Shown: piece after piece, positions 49,135 through 58,161 of the stretch
Position numbering within the stretch: the stretch's first letter is position 1
Layout: the number at the start of each line of letters is the position of its first letter
From: Gemmatales bacterium
GTDB lineage: Bacteria > Planctomycetota > Planctomycetia > Gemmatales > HRBIN36
NCBI GenBank assembly: GCA_035430005.1
Contig: DAOMFV010000009.1
Span: 40-64,039 of the forward strand
DNA length: 64,000 bases
Direction of reading: 5' to 3'
The notes under the pieces: generated by a model
Database searches by the model: none
What the model saw: the letters and a program-made list of their open reading frames with translations, nothing else
What the model was told of the DNA's origin: nothing
Program-made: the position numbers and the translations under genes

Positions 49135-49282
49135 GATCATTCTCCTGTAAGATTCTATTGTTTCCGATTTAACCCACGAATACAAGAAGAGTTACGGAAA
49201 GAGAGTCGAAACAGTGCAAAAGCTCCGTGAACCTCAAGATCACCCCTGTATAATACACTGTGAACCAGAGGAAGATACCAAG

Positions 49283-49651
49283 ATGAGCGATACCACAAAG
49301 AAAATCATCATCGACGAGGATTGGAAGCAGGAAGCACAACAGGAAAAAGAGAGCCTGGAAGCTAAACTGGAACAGGAAAAAATCAAGAAACCGCCACCGT
49401 TACCGACCGCTTCGTTCGAGGTGTTGATCAATTCTCTGGCAATGCCGGCCATGCTGAATTTGGGCATGATCAGTATGCCCAACCATCAGCCCAACCTCAA
49501 TGAAGCGAAGTTCTACATCGATCTGCTCGAAGTGGTGGAGCAGAAGACCAAGGGCAACTTGGAAGTGAGCGAGCATAACACTTTGACGGCTTTGCTCTAC
49601 GAACTACGCATGGCTTTCGTGTCTGCCACCCAGAATGCATCGAAGTCATAA
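49283..49651 (+). CDS. DUF1844-like small acidic protein
   Basis: Sequence MSDTTKKIIIDEDWKQEAQQEKE...PPLPTASFEVLINSLAMPAMLNLG...LYELRMAFV matches my memory of the DUF1844 layout. GAGGAAG lies ~10 nt upstream of ATG 49283. Confidence 0.55.
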   Translation: MSDTTKKIIIDEDWKQEAQQEKESLEAKLEQEKIKKPPPLPTASFEVLINSLAMPAMLNLGMISMPNHQPNLNEAKFYIDLLEVVEQKTKGNLEVSEHNTLTALLYELRMAFVSATQNASKS

Positions 49652-49655
49652 CAGC

Positions 49656-50387
49656 TCAAGTTGTTACCAGTCTGGTCACCGCTTCAGGCTGGAAAGCAAA
49701 TAATTTGCCTTCACTTTCAATGACAATCTCCTCCCACCGCAATGTGTGAAGAGTACCAACTTCTTGTTTGCCATGTGCTTCCAGATTGACTGAGTGTCCG
49801 ACAAGACCGCTGTACTTTTTCCAAAGTTCCAGTATAGGCTCGGTCTTTCCGGTCACCAGGAGGGTAAAGAGTTGATTCCACTCTGATTGTAACGCCGAAA
49901 GCACTTCAGATCGGTTCAACACGTGTTTAGTAAAGTCCTGGAGCGAACCTGCTTGATGCACACTAGCGGCATGGAAATGCTGCACAGGCACATTGACATT
50001 CAGGCCGACTCCGACGACGAACCACTCTTGTCGTTGCTCCACCAGGATACCACTGACTTTCTTGCCATCAATGAGAACATCATTGGGCCACTTGAGTTGT
50101 GGCTTGATGGAAAGCGCCTTCTGAATGACTTGGCATACCCCCAGACCAGCCCAGATGGTCAACATCACCGGGCGGCGGATCGCCAGTTCGGGATGAAGCA
50201 ATATCGACATGTACAACGCTGATCCTGGTGGAGATACCCAGACATCACCTCGTCGACCTCGACCAGCGGTTTGTTCATCAGCAACCACCATCAGGCCATG
50301 ATTCTTCTTATCGCCGGTATATGCCCAGGCAATATCGTTAGTGCTGGTGACCTGTTTCAAGTGTATCGTGTGTTGGCCAATTGGCAT
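49656..50387 (-). CDS. birA: Biotin--[acetyl-CoA-carboxylase] ligase (no N-terminal HTH)
   Basis: Carries GRGRRGDVWVSPPGSALYMS and KWPNDVLIDGKKVSGILVE. It is 243 aa when started at ATG 50387, 5 nt after the nadC stop. Confidence 0.88.
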   Translation of the reverse strand: MPIGQHTIHLKQVTSTNDIAWAYTGDKKNHGLMVVADEQTAGRGRRGDVWVSPPGSALYMSILLHPELAIRRPVMLTIWAGLGVCQVIQKALSIKPQLKWPNDVLIDGKKVSGILVEQRQEWFVVGVGLNVNVPVQHFHAASVHQAGSLQDFTKHVLNRSEVLSALQSEWNQLFTLLVTGKTEPILELWKKYSGLVGHSVNLEAHGKQEVGTLHTLRWEEIVIESEGKLFAFQPEAVTRLVTT

Positions 50388-50392
50388 AACTA

Positions 50393-51277
50393 TCACTCTT
50401 GATAATCGAGCGCAATATCGAGTGCCGGGGCAGAGTGGGTCAATGCACCCACGCTGACACAATCGACCCCCGCCCTGGCAACCTCTCGCAAGGTTGCCAG
50501 GGTAATCCCTCCCGAAGCTTCCAGTCGGGTTTGCGAGGCTGTTCGGTTGCGTATGACAACAGCCTGACGCAGCATGTCAACTTTCATGTTGTCGAGCAAG
50601 ATCACGTCAGGGTGTGCGGCCAAAGCCTCGTTCAATTGTTCAATAGACTCCACTTCCACCTCGACGATGACCTTGTGCCCCACCGCAGCTCTTGCCTGTT
50701 TGACTGCTTCGGCCAGCGGTGTGCCATGATGCCTGAGCCCGGCCAAGTGGTTGTCCTTGATCATGATGGCATCGAACAAGCCCATTCGGTGATTTTGCCC
50801 GCCTCCACAGCGGACAGCGTATTTCTCCAACACGCGCCAACCGGGTGTGGTCTTGCGTGTATCAAGCACCTGGCATTTGGTCTCTTTGACTTGTTCCACA
50901 TACTTGCTCGTCTGGGTAGCAATACCGGAGAGCTTCTGCAGGAAGTTGAGGGCCATTCGTTCCACAGCCAGGACGCTACGCATCGAACCGGCCATTGTGG
51001 CGATGGGCTGCTCTGGCTGAAGAACAGAACTATCAGCGGTTAGCAGTTCCAGTTGAAGTCTGGGATCAATAGCGCTACAAACCATCTGGATAATGGGCGT
51101 TCCCGAGAGAACCCCAGGGGCCCGGGCAACAAAAGTTGCTTTACCCTTGAGGCTTTGCGGAATCACGGCCTGGCTGGTAATATCGCCTTCCTGACCTAGA
51201 TCTTCTGAAATACCAAGCCGAATAAGTTGCTGGGCTGCATGCTCTTCTGCCTGTCCGAATGGGATGGTTAACATCAT
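50393..51277 (-). CDS. nadC: Nicotinate-nucleotide diphosphorylase (carboxylating)
   Basis: QPRTase blocks are present: TRKTTPGWR, GGGQNHRMGLFDAIMIKDNH, ILLDNM, EASGGI. Confidence 0.92.
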   Translation of the reverse strand: MMLTIPFGQAEEHAAQQLIRLGISEDLGQEGDITSQAVIPQSLKGKATFVARAPGVLSGTPIIQMVCSAIDPRLQLELLTADSSVLQPEQPIATMAGSMRSVLAVERMALNFLQKLSGIATQTSKYVEQVKETKCQVLDTRKTTPGWRVLEKYAVRCGGGQNHRMGLFDAIMIKDNHLAGLRHHGTPLAEAVKQARAAVGHKVIVEVEVESIEQLNEALAAHPDVILLDNMKVDMLRQAVVIRNRTASQTRLEASGGITLATLREVARAGVDCVSVGALTHSAPALDIALDYQE

Positions 51278-51510
51278 GAATCCAGGCTACTTTGAACAGC
51301 CTGGCCCTGCTTGCTTCCCTCGAAGCGATCTTTATGATGACACTGGCATCATACTCTTACAAGCCATTGACTTAGGATGTTTTATTCACTGGTTACCCAG
51401 ATGCACTGGGGTAATCGAACGAATTTCAGATGGGCTGCGTATAGCCTATATCTTCTCATCCTACGTTACGTTTACAAGCGGCTGGTCTGGGTTGCGTAAA
51501 GGGAAATCTC

Positions 51511-52449
51511 ATGGCGGAAAATACGACAGCAAAGAGTCAGGAAATCGTCGTCGAGACACGCAACTTGAGCAAAGTCTATCTCGACTTCTGGGGCCGAAAG
51601 AAGAAGCAGGCCCTCCGCTCTCTGAACCTCGACATCAAGAAGGGTGAAGTCTTCGGGCTGCTCGGGCCTAACGGTTCCGGCAAGACCACCACCATCAAAC
51701 TGCTTTTGGGGCTCTTGTTCCCCTCCGAAGGCGAAGGCCTGGTTTTCGGCAAACCGGGTACCAATGTTCAGAAGAATGAACGCATCGGCTACCTTCCTGA
51801 AGAGTCGTATCTCTACCGGTTTCTAACAGCTGAAGAAACGCTCGATTTCTATGGCCGCTTGTTTAACATTCCCGCCGATGTACGTCGCCAGCGTGCCGCT
51901 GAGTTGATTGACAAAGTCGGCTTGGCCAGGGACAAAAAGCGAACCCTGAAAGAATACTCCAAAGGGATGAGGCAGCGTATCGGTCTGGCGCAGGCGCTGA
52001 TTAACGATCCTGACCTGGTTATCCTTGATGAGCCGACCTCCGGTCTCGATCCGATTGGCACCAAGTGGATGAAGAATCTCATTCTCGAACTGCGAAATCA
52101 AGGCAAGACGATCCTCATGTGCAGTCACCGCCTGGAAGATGTGCAGGATGTCTGCGACCGGATTGCCATTCTCTTCGACGGCGAGTTGCAGGAACTGGGC
52201 TCCGTTGACAAACTGCTCGAAGTGGAAGAGATGGTGCAGTTGACTGCTCGCGGCATGAAGATAACTGATGGTCTACGCCGAGATCTCTCCGAGATTATCA
52301 AAAAACACGGAGGCGAAGTGGATAAGCTCGATCATCCCACAACTACCCTGGAAGACCTATTCCTTCGAATCGTCGAAGACAGCAAGGCCCGTCCCGGCCG
52401 TCGCTACCTGCCGCCCGGCGAACGCAAGGCAGAGCACCAGAAGACCTAA
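51511..52449 (+). CDS. ABC transporter ATP-binding protein (ABC-2 subfamily type)
   Basis: Walker [10 protein letters not shown], signature-like YSKGMRQR, Walker [13 protein letters not shown], and H-loop CSHRLED. Confidence 0.9.
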   Translation: MAENTTAKSQEIVVETRNLSKVYLDFWGRKKKQALRSLNLDIKKGEVFGLLGPNGSGKTTTIKLLLGLLFPSEGEGLVFGKPGTNVQKNERIGYLPEESYLYRFLTAEETLDFYGRLFNIPADVRRQRAAELIDKVGLARDKKRTLKEYSKGMRQRIGLAQALINDPDLVILDEPTSGLDPIGTKWMKNLILELRNQGKTILMCSHRLEDVQDVCDRIAILFDGELQELGSVDKLLEVEEMVQLTARGMKITDGLRRDLSEIIKKHGGEVDKLDHPTTTLEDLFLRIVEDSKARPGRRYLPPGERKAEHQKT

Positions 52450-52503
52450 TACTTGGAACTACTTTTAGAGTTCGAAACCTGTCCACCCCCCATGTGAATA
52501 GCC

Positions 52504-54441
52504 ATGATGTTTGCAGCTTTTAATGTCGAAACAAACTTTCCAGACCTGCAACGCATGTGGGAATATGGCGAATTGTGGCTGCGCAAGGCTGGAATAGGTT
52601 CTGTTATCATCCTCTTCATCTGGGGGCTCTGGTTCATCCTCAAAGCCGCCTTGCGCGACGGAAAGTGGGTTCCCTACGGCATCACTGGCCGCCTGGACTC
52701 CGAAGGTAGTGGAAATAACTGGCGGGCCCGAGTCTTCTGGATACTGCTAGGCTTAACCGGCATCTCTTTCGCCGTGGGATTGGCTTATTTCTTTTATCAA
52801 TTGTTCGTAACCGGCGACTTTTTCGATCCTTTTGACATCGTCAAGAAGGACAATACCCCGGTTACTCTCATCACACACGCCATCATCAACTTTTTCTGTG
52901 GTCTGGCGCTATTAACTCTCTCGATTGAATTCCTGTTTGATGTCTTTCGTTTCAGCCCCAGACGACTCGTTGCCATTGCCCGTTTCAGCATCAAAGAAGC
53001 GATACGACGAAAAGTACTCTGGGTGTTTCTCATTCTTGGCGTGGTGATTCTCTTTGCCAGCTGGTTCATCACCACAGATAAGAAGGCAGACCAATGGCAG
53101 CAGTACATTAATCTGGTCTTTTACGTTGTCACCACCATGGTACTGGTCACGACAGGTATCTTGGCCTGTTTTAGCCTGCCAACCGATATCAAACAACAAA
53201 CCATCTTTACTGTGGTGACCAAGCCTGTCCAGAAGCTCGAAATCATGCTGGGACGTATCCTGGGCCTGGTATTCCTGATGACGCTGATTCTTTTCATCGC
53301 TGCTTCAATCAGCCTGATTTATGTCGCGCGTGGAGTAGACCCGGAAGTAGCCAAGACTATTCGTGCCCGCAATGTAGCTAATGGCGCACTTCGATTCAGA
53401 GAGATAGATGAGCAGGGTAAAACCATTTTTGCTGAGCGGGGAAGAAGTAGTATTGGCCGTGTATGGGAGTACTTCCAATACCTGGCAGGCGGAACTTCAC
53501 AAGAGGCGATCTGGTTTTTCCCAAATCTTCCGGCTGAAATCGCCAGGCAAGACAAAGTCTTGGTGGAATCCACTTTTGATATCTTCCGCACCAGCAAAGG
53601 CGGCGATAAGGTGGAAGAAGGCGTTCCCGTTCAGTTCTATTTCGTGAACAGTAAGAAATGGAATAATAAGTTTGAAGAGTATCGCAATGCGCGTGATCCT
53701 AAAACCGGCCTCCCGCTGACACCAGACGAGAAAGCTCGGAAGTTCGGTTACTATGAACTCCCAAAACCTGCAAGGGTCTATGACGAAGGTGAGCCAACCA
53801 GGGTCTCCTTCCCGGGCAGTATCATGGCCGACAGCCCCCCGGGAGCTGTCCTCGAAGTTCACATCAATTGTAGAGCCAGTTCACAGTACCTTGGTGTAGC
53901 TGAGCGGAATCTGTACCTCTTGCTGCAAGAAGGAAACTGGGTCTGGAATTTTTATAAAGGCATGATCGGAGTTTGGTTCTTCATGATTCTGGTGGTCATT
54001 CTCGGCACGGTGCTCTCGACGTATCTGAATGCCCCCATCAGCCTCTTGGTGACCATCCTTATTATTATTCTGGGACAACCTGCCATCTTAAAATACATCG
54101 ATGAACAGGCGCAACCAGATGATCCCGTTAATCGTCCGGGAGGCCGCGTCTTTGAGTCTGCATATCGTCTGGCCAACAAAGAGAATATGGTCACCCAATT
54201 GCAAGATTCTACTGCAACTCGTGCAGTCGTTGCGTTGGATAGTTCAACACGCTATTTCTTTAAGCTGATCCACGCTGCTTTGCCAGATGTTGATATTTAC
54301 GATCGCAAATTGTTTGTTGCGGAAGGATTTAGCATACCCATGAATGAAATGATTGCGGCTTTCCTAAGACTTGTGATGTACTCGTTCCCCTTACTGTTGC
54401 TGGGCTACTTCCTGCTTAGCGGACGTGAAATTGCAAACTGA
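52504..54441 (+). CDS. Large ABC-2-type permease-like membrane protein (645 aa)
   Basis: N-terminal TM helices are followed by a permease-type entry segment (SIKEAIRRKVLWVFLILGVVILFASWF). A ~180-aa non-hydrophobic insert comes next, then C-terminal helices. The gene follows the ATPase gene by 54 nt. Confidence 0.65.
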   Translation: MMFAAFNVETNFPDLQRMWEYGELWLRKAGIGSVIILFIWGLWFILKAALRDGKWVPYGITGRLDSEGSGNNWRARVFWILLGLTGISFAVGLAYFFYQLFVTGDFFDPFDIVKKDNTPVTLITHAIINFFCGLALLTLSIEFLFDVFRFSPRRLVAIARFSIKEAIRRKVLWVFLILGVVILFASWFITTDKKADQWQQYINLVFYVVTTMVLVTTGILACFSLPTDIKQQTIFTVVTKPVQKLEIMLGRILGLVFLMTLILFIAASISLIYVARGVDPEVAKTIRARNVANGALRFREIDEQGKTIFAERGRSSIGRVWEYFQYLAGGTSQEAIWFFPNLPAEIARQDKVLVESTFDIFRTSKGGDKVEEGVPVQFYFVNSKKWNNKFEEYRNARDPKTGLPLTPDEKARKFGYYELPKPARVYDEGEPTRVSFPGSIMADSPPGAVLEVHINCRASSQYLGVAERNLYLLLQEGNWVWNFYKGMIGVWFFMILVVILGTVLSTYLNAPISLLVTILIIILGQPAILKYIDEQAQPDDPVNRPGGRVFESAYRLANKENMVTQLQDSTATRAVVALDSSTRYFFKLIHAALPDVDIYDRKLFVAEGFSIPMNEMIAAFLRLVMYSFPLLLLGYFLLSGREIAN

Positions 54442-54464
54442 CGACTTAACCAAGAGCCCCACCC

Positions 54465-56420
54465 ATGGCCACTGCATACCAACGAATCAGGCAACGCAAA
54501 GTCTTTTATCTTCTCGCCATCGTCTTGCTTTTGGGCACAGCCTATGCCCACAAGTTGCTCGTTATTGATCGCGCAGCTAGCCGCTACGACATCAGTGAAA
54601 CCAACCTCGGCAAGGTGGACATGGGCGGCTCGATCTCCCGGTTTGTTCTTTCCAGCTTCCGGGGGCCGCTCGTCTGCGGTCTCTGGTGGGAAGTTAACAG
54701 CCTCCAGGATAAGCATGATTACAAGCAACTCGAACTTATTCTGACGGCCTTAACTAAATTGCAACCTCACTACAAAGGGCCATGGCAATATCAGGGATGG
54801 AATCTAGCCTACAATGTCTCTGTTGAATTTGATCGTATTCAGGACAAATACTTTTACGTCTCCAAGGGATTACGCTGGCTGGCCAACGGGGAAGAAGTTA
54901 ATCGGCTGAAACTCTTTGATCCAAACAGTCCAGATGAACTTCGTACGATTGGTGACCCCGAGATGCGGTCACTCGTTGGACAATATCTCTCTGGAAAGAT
55001 GTACTTCGCTGACGAAAAAGATACCTATCGGCCTCTCCTGCATCTCAGCTGCATCCCACTGTATCAACGACTTCCTTCTTCTCTTAGAAATAATCCAGAA
55101 AAACTCGAGCAGTTCAAATCACAGTATCCTCGCTTTGTCAGACGCGTTCGAAAGCTGCAAAACATTCCTGAGGGCGATGATGATACTCTCAATCGTGATC
55201 TTCTGGCTTTTCTTGAAGAATACAAGGATGTCCCCTGCCTTTGGAAAGATGATGATGGTGGCGGCTTGAAGCTCGCAAACGACCCATGGCCGCGTTGGCC
55301 CAACATGGCAGATCGTGAACACATTGGCAAAGTGGCAGACAAAGAAATCTACCAGGACGGATTGGACATCGCGCGAATGTGGTATGAGTTCTCAACGGAA
55401 ATGCTGCCTCCTCCGAAGACCGAACTATCTGAAGATGTCTCACCACAAGAAAGCAAATACACCCGCGTGCATAAGCACATGCACAGCATGGTTTTCCGCG
55501 CAAAACCAGCGCAGACGCAGGCTAGAAGCGCCGTGGAACTGTACAGTGAAGGCTGGCCTGAAGAGGCACAGATCACCGCGGAAAAAGCCAACTCCATGTG
55601 GCACGAGTTGGGAATTGCCTGCAATCTTGACCAGCCACAATCGAAGATAGCCGAACTGACCGCAAAAGCCAAGCAGTTCATGGATAAGTACAAGGAAAAT
55701 GCCGAGGAGCAGAGAGGACCGTCTATCTTCTTGAAAGACACCAATCCGTCTGAATACGAAAATGCTTTGAAGAACTACAAGGCACTTGTCTTCATGAGCA
55801 ACTGGGCCAGATTGCGAAAGACTTGCCGATTCGATTACTGGATGGAGACAACAGGATTTCTCAAGACTGATGTTTACCGCGAAGCCGCACGGTCTAAGTA
55901 CGTTGCCGAAGAAAGATACTCCGATTGGCCGGTTTCAATCGCAAATTATCAGCGCGCCATTGGGCTACTAAGTATCGGATTCCGGAAGCCCATGGAGGTT
56001 CACGATCAATTGGCTTTGCGGCTGTCCTTGCTGGCTCCTGGATTTCCTTCGGTGCTTATCCAGGTAACGCCGACTGTGAGCAACCAACTGTCCGTCTATG
56101 GCACTGATGAAACGGTACAACGTGATTTCCTTGATCTTCAGGAGAAGTACATGCGTACCATCGCACGAAACCTGGCTCCCGCCCGGCTTCAAGCAGAGTA
56201 CCATACCTGGGTCTTGAAACAGGCGCTTAGCAACAGCTTGTTGACGGCAGCAACTCCATATAGTCTCTGTTTTCCTTCCATCTTCATACCCAGCGATGTG
56301 GTAGTTAATATCGACTGGGTCGAAGATCTGGTAGAAAACGAGCGCGGACCATTCGATGACCTCATCTCGCCTTCGGTTAAGGTAGACAGAACACGAGACA
56401 AGATATCAAACAAGAAATAA
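54465..56420 (+). CDS. Hypothetical N-terminally anchored protein (651 aa)
   Basis: One N-terminal helix (VFYLLAIVLLLGTAYA) and a large non-hydrophobic domain with no motif I recognise. It starts 23 nt after the permease and is followed by a canonical terminator. Confidence 0.65.
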   Translation: MATAYQRIRQRKVFYLLAIVLLLGTAYAHKLLVIDRAASRYDISETNLGKVDMGGSISRFVLSSFRGPLVCGLWWEVNSLQDKHDYKQLELILTALTKLQPHYKGPWQYQGWNLAYNVSVEFDRIQDKYFYVSKGLRWLANGEEVNRLKLFDPNSPDELRTIGDPEMRSLVGQYLSGKMYFADEKDTYRPLLHLSCIPLYQRLPSSLRNNPEKLEQFKSQYPRFVRRVRKLQNIPEGDDDTLNRDLLAFLEEYKDVPCLWKDDDGGGLKLANDPWPRWPNMADREHIGKVADKEIYQDGLDIARMWYEFSTEMLPPPKTELSEDVSPQESKYTRVHKHMHSMVFRAKPAQTQARSAVELYSEGWPEEAQITAEKANSMWHELGIACNLDQPQSKIAELTAKAKQFMDKYKENAEEQRGPSIFLKDTNPSEYENALKNYKALVFMSNWARLRKTCRFDYWMETTGFLKTDVYREAARSKYVAEERYSDWPVSIANYQRAIGLLSIGFRKPMEVHDQLALRLSLLAPGFPSVLIQVTPTVSNQLSVYGTDETVQRDFLDLQEKYMRTIARNLAPARLQAEYHTWVLKQALSNSLLTAATPYSLCFPSIFIPSDVVVNIDWVEDLVENERGPFDDLISPSVKVDRTRDKISNKK

Positions 56421-56442
56421 CGCTTCACCTGGAATACCTTTT

Positions 56443-56475
56443 CGGGCTATGATCACTCATAGCCCGTTTTCTTTT
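56443..56475 (+). terminator. Rho-independent terminator
   Basis: CGGGCTATGA (56443..56452), loop TCAC, TCATAGCCCG (56457..56466), then TTTTCTTTT (56467..56475). It lies 23 nt after the stop of CDS 54465..56420. Confidence 0.8.
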
Positions 56476-56486
56476 GAGGTATCACG

Positions 56487-57224
56487 ATGAGGAAAATCGG
56501 TGTCTTGCTGATGGCCGCCGGCCAATCAAGTCGCTTTAAAGGGGAGATCAAAAAGCCCTACGCCGATATTGACGGCCGGGCCGTTTGGATGCGGGCTGCC
56601 GATTTGTTTGTCAGTCGTAAAGACGTCGTTCAAACGATTCGCGTAATCGCCGACGATGATGAGGAGAATGTCAGGCGTCGTTATGGGCCTAACCTGGCGT
56701 TCATGAATGTTCAGCTCTTATTAGGAGGAGTGCGGCGTTCAGATTCGGTTGCCAACGGACTTGCCCAGGTTGCTGACGACGTGGAGTTGGTTGCCATTCA
56801 CGATGCCGCCCGCCCCTGTGCGACTGCGAAAATGATTGACGAGGTGTTTGCCGCTGCGGAGCAATATGGTGCCGCCATCCTCGCTGCTCCGGTCAATGAT
56901 ACTCTGAAGCGGTCAAAGACAGATCATCAGATCGAAGCCACAGTCTCTCGTGAACATCTATGGATGGCACAAACGCCGCAGGTGTTCAGGAAAGAGTTGA
57001 TTCTGAAGGCTTACGCTGAAAGAAGCAAGCATCCTGCCGCCACGGACGATGCACAGCTCGTCGAGGCCCTAGGCCACCCGGTGTTCATCGTGCCCAGCGA
57101 TCTCTCCAATTTCAAGATCACCGCCAAGTCGGACATCTTCCTGGCTGATGCTGTCCTTAAGTCTCGTCCCAAGCCGAAGAACAAGGCATTTCATCCCTTT
57201 GCCGACGAGGATATGTGGCGATGA
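56487..57224 (+). CDS. ispD: IspD-family cytidylyltransferase (2-C-methyl-D-erythritol 4-phosphate cytidylyltransferase or related polyol-phosphate cytidylyltransferase)
   Basis: Carries LLMAAGQSSRF (P-loop-like AAGxGxR), VAIHDAARP and QTPQVF. The motifs alone do not separate IspD from TarI-type enzymes. Confidence 0.8.
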   Translation: MRKIGVLLMAAGQSSRFKGEIKKPYADIDGRAVWMRAADLFVSRKDVVQTIRVIADDDEENVRRRYGPNLAFMNVQLLLGGVRRSDSVANGLAQVADDVELVAIHDAARPCATAKMIDEVFAAAEQYGAAILAAPVNDTLKRSKTDHQIEATVSREHLWMAQTPQVFRKELILKAYAERSKHPAATDDAQLVEALGHPVFIVPSDLSNFKITAKSDIFLADAVLKSRPKPKNKAFHPFADEDMWR

Positions 57225-58159
57225 TGCCGGCTTCTCCAATCATTCTGAAACCCTGGCTTCGAGCAATGCCATGGGGCGGCTATCATCTCAGTACTTTGCT
57301 GGATGGAACCGTGTGTGAGAATCCAATCGGCGAAGCGTGGCTGCTGAGTGATCATCCACGCCATGAGAGCCTATTGCAGACTGATGGAAATATCACGCTA
57401 CGCGATACTATTGCAGCCGAACAGCGTGCCAATCCTGCTACCCGCTTTCCACTTCTGATCAAACTACTCGATGCAAACCAGAACCTGTCGATCCAGGTTC
57501 ATCCGAACGATCAACAGGCAAAGCAATGGAGCCCTAAAGACGGCGGCAAAACGGAAGCCTGGGTCGTACTGGCTGCCGAACCCGATGCTGCCATTTATCT
57601 CGGACTGAAGCCCGGCATCGATCTGGCAACTTTTGCCCGTGAGCTTGCATCAGGGAATGCCCCACTGTGTCTGAATCGATACGAACCCAAGCCGGGCGAA
57701 ACCTACTTCGTCCCGGCGGGCACGGTGCATGCACTGGGGCAGGGGGTGCTCGTTCTGGAAGTGCAGCAAACCAGCGATGCCACTTACCGGCTCTACGACT
57801 GGGGGCGAACCGGAGCCGATGGCAAGCCTCGTGAGCTGCACCTGGAAGCGGGACAGGCCTGTACACAGGTTGCCCCAGTTGGCGCTGGGCTGCAAACGCC
57901 CAGGCGCGACCCTGATGGTGCCGAACGTTTGGTCAAATGTCCATTCTTTACCCTCAGACGCTGGACGTCAGCAGGAACCATCTCGGTAAATTCGCCGGCG
58001 ATTGTGATACCCTGGGGCAACTCCGTTCGGGTACAATCCTCGGGCGGAATCCTGATGCAGGGCCATGCCTGTCTGACACCCGCACCCATGGGGCAAGCTG
58101 TTTTTGAAGTTCCGCCCGATACCACACTCTTCGAAATAAGCTGGACCATCAGGAACTAA
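57221..58159 (+). CDS. Type I phosphomannose isomerase-like cupin
   Basis: Carries LSIQVHPND, GKTEAWVVL, and YFVPAGTVHALGQGVLVLEVQQTSD. ATG 57221 overlaps the ispD stop (ATGA). GTG 57215 is an alternative start. Confidence 0.8.
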   Translation: MMPASPIILKPWLRAMPWGGYHLSTLLDGTVCENPIGEAWLLSDHPRHESLLQTDGNITLRDTIAAEQRANPATRFPLLIKLLDANQNLSIQVHPNDQQAKQWSPKDGGKTEAWVVLAAEPDAAIYLGLKPGIDLATFARELASGNAPLCLNRYEPKPGETYFVPAGTVHALGQGVLVLEVQQTSDATYRLYDWGRTGADGKPRELHLEAGQACTQVAPVGAGLQTPRRDPDGAERLVKCPFFTLRRWTSAGTISVNSPAIVIPWGNSVRVQSSGGILMQGHACLTPAPMGQAVFEVPPDTTLFEISWTIRN

Positions 58160-58161
58160 CA

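Noticed and set aside
49249-49254. TATAAT hexamer 29 nt upstream of the DUF1844-like gene start
   Set aside because: There is no convincing -35 partner at 17-nt spacing (CGTGAA). Promoter consensus for this lineage is unknown to me. Too weak to call.
51264-51647. 127-aa ORF covering the 233-nt leader upstream of the ABC ATPase gene
   Set aside because: It starts inside nadC on the opposite strand and runs out of frame into the ATPase gene. No motif is present. The leader is more likely non-coding regulatory sequence.
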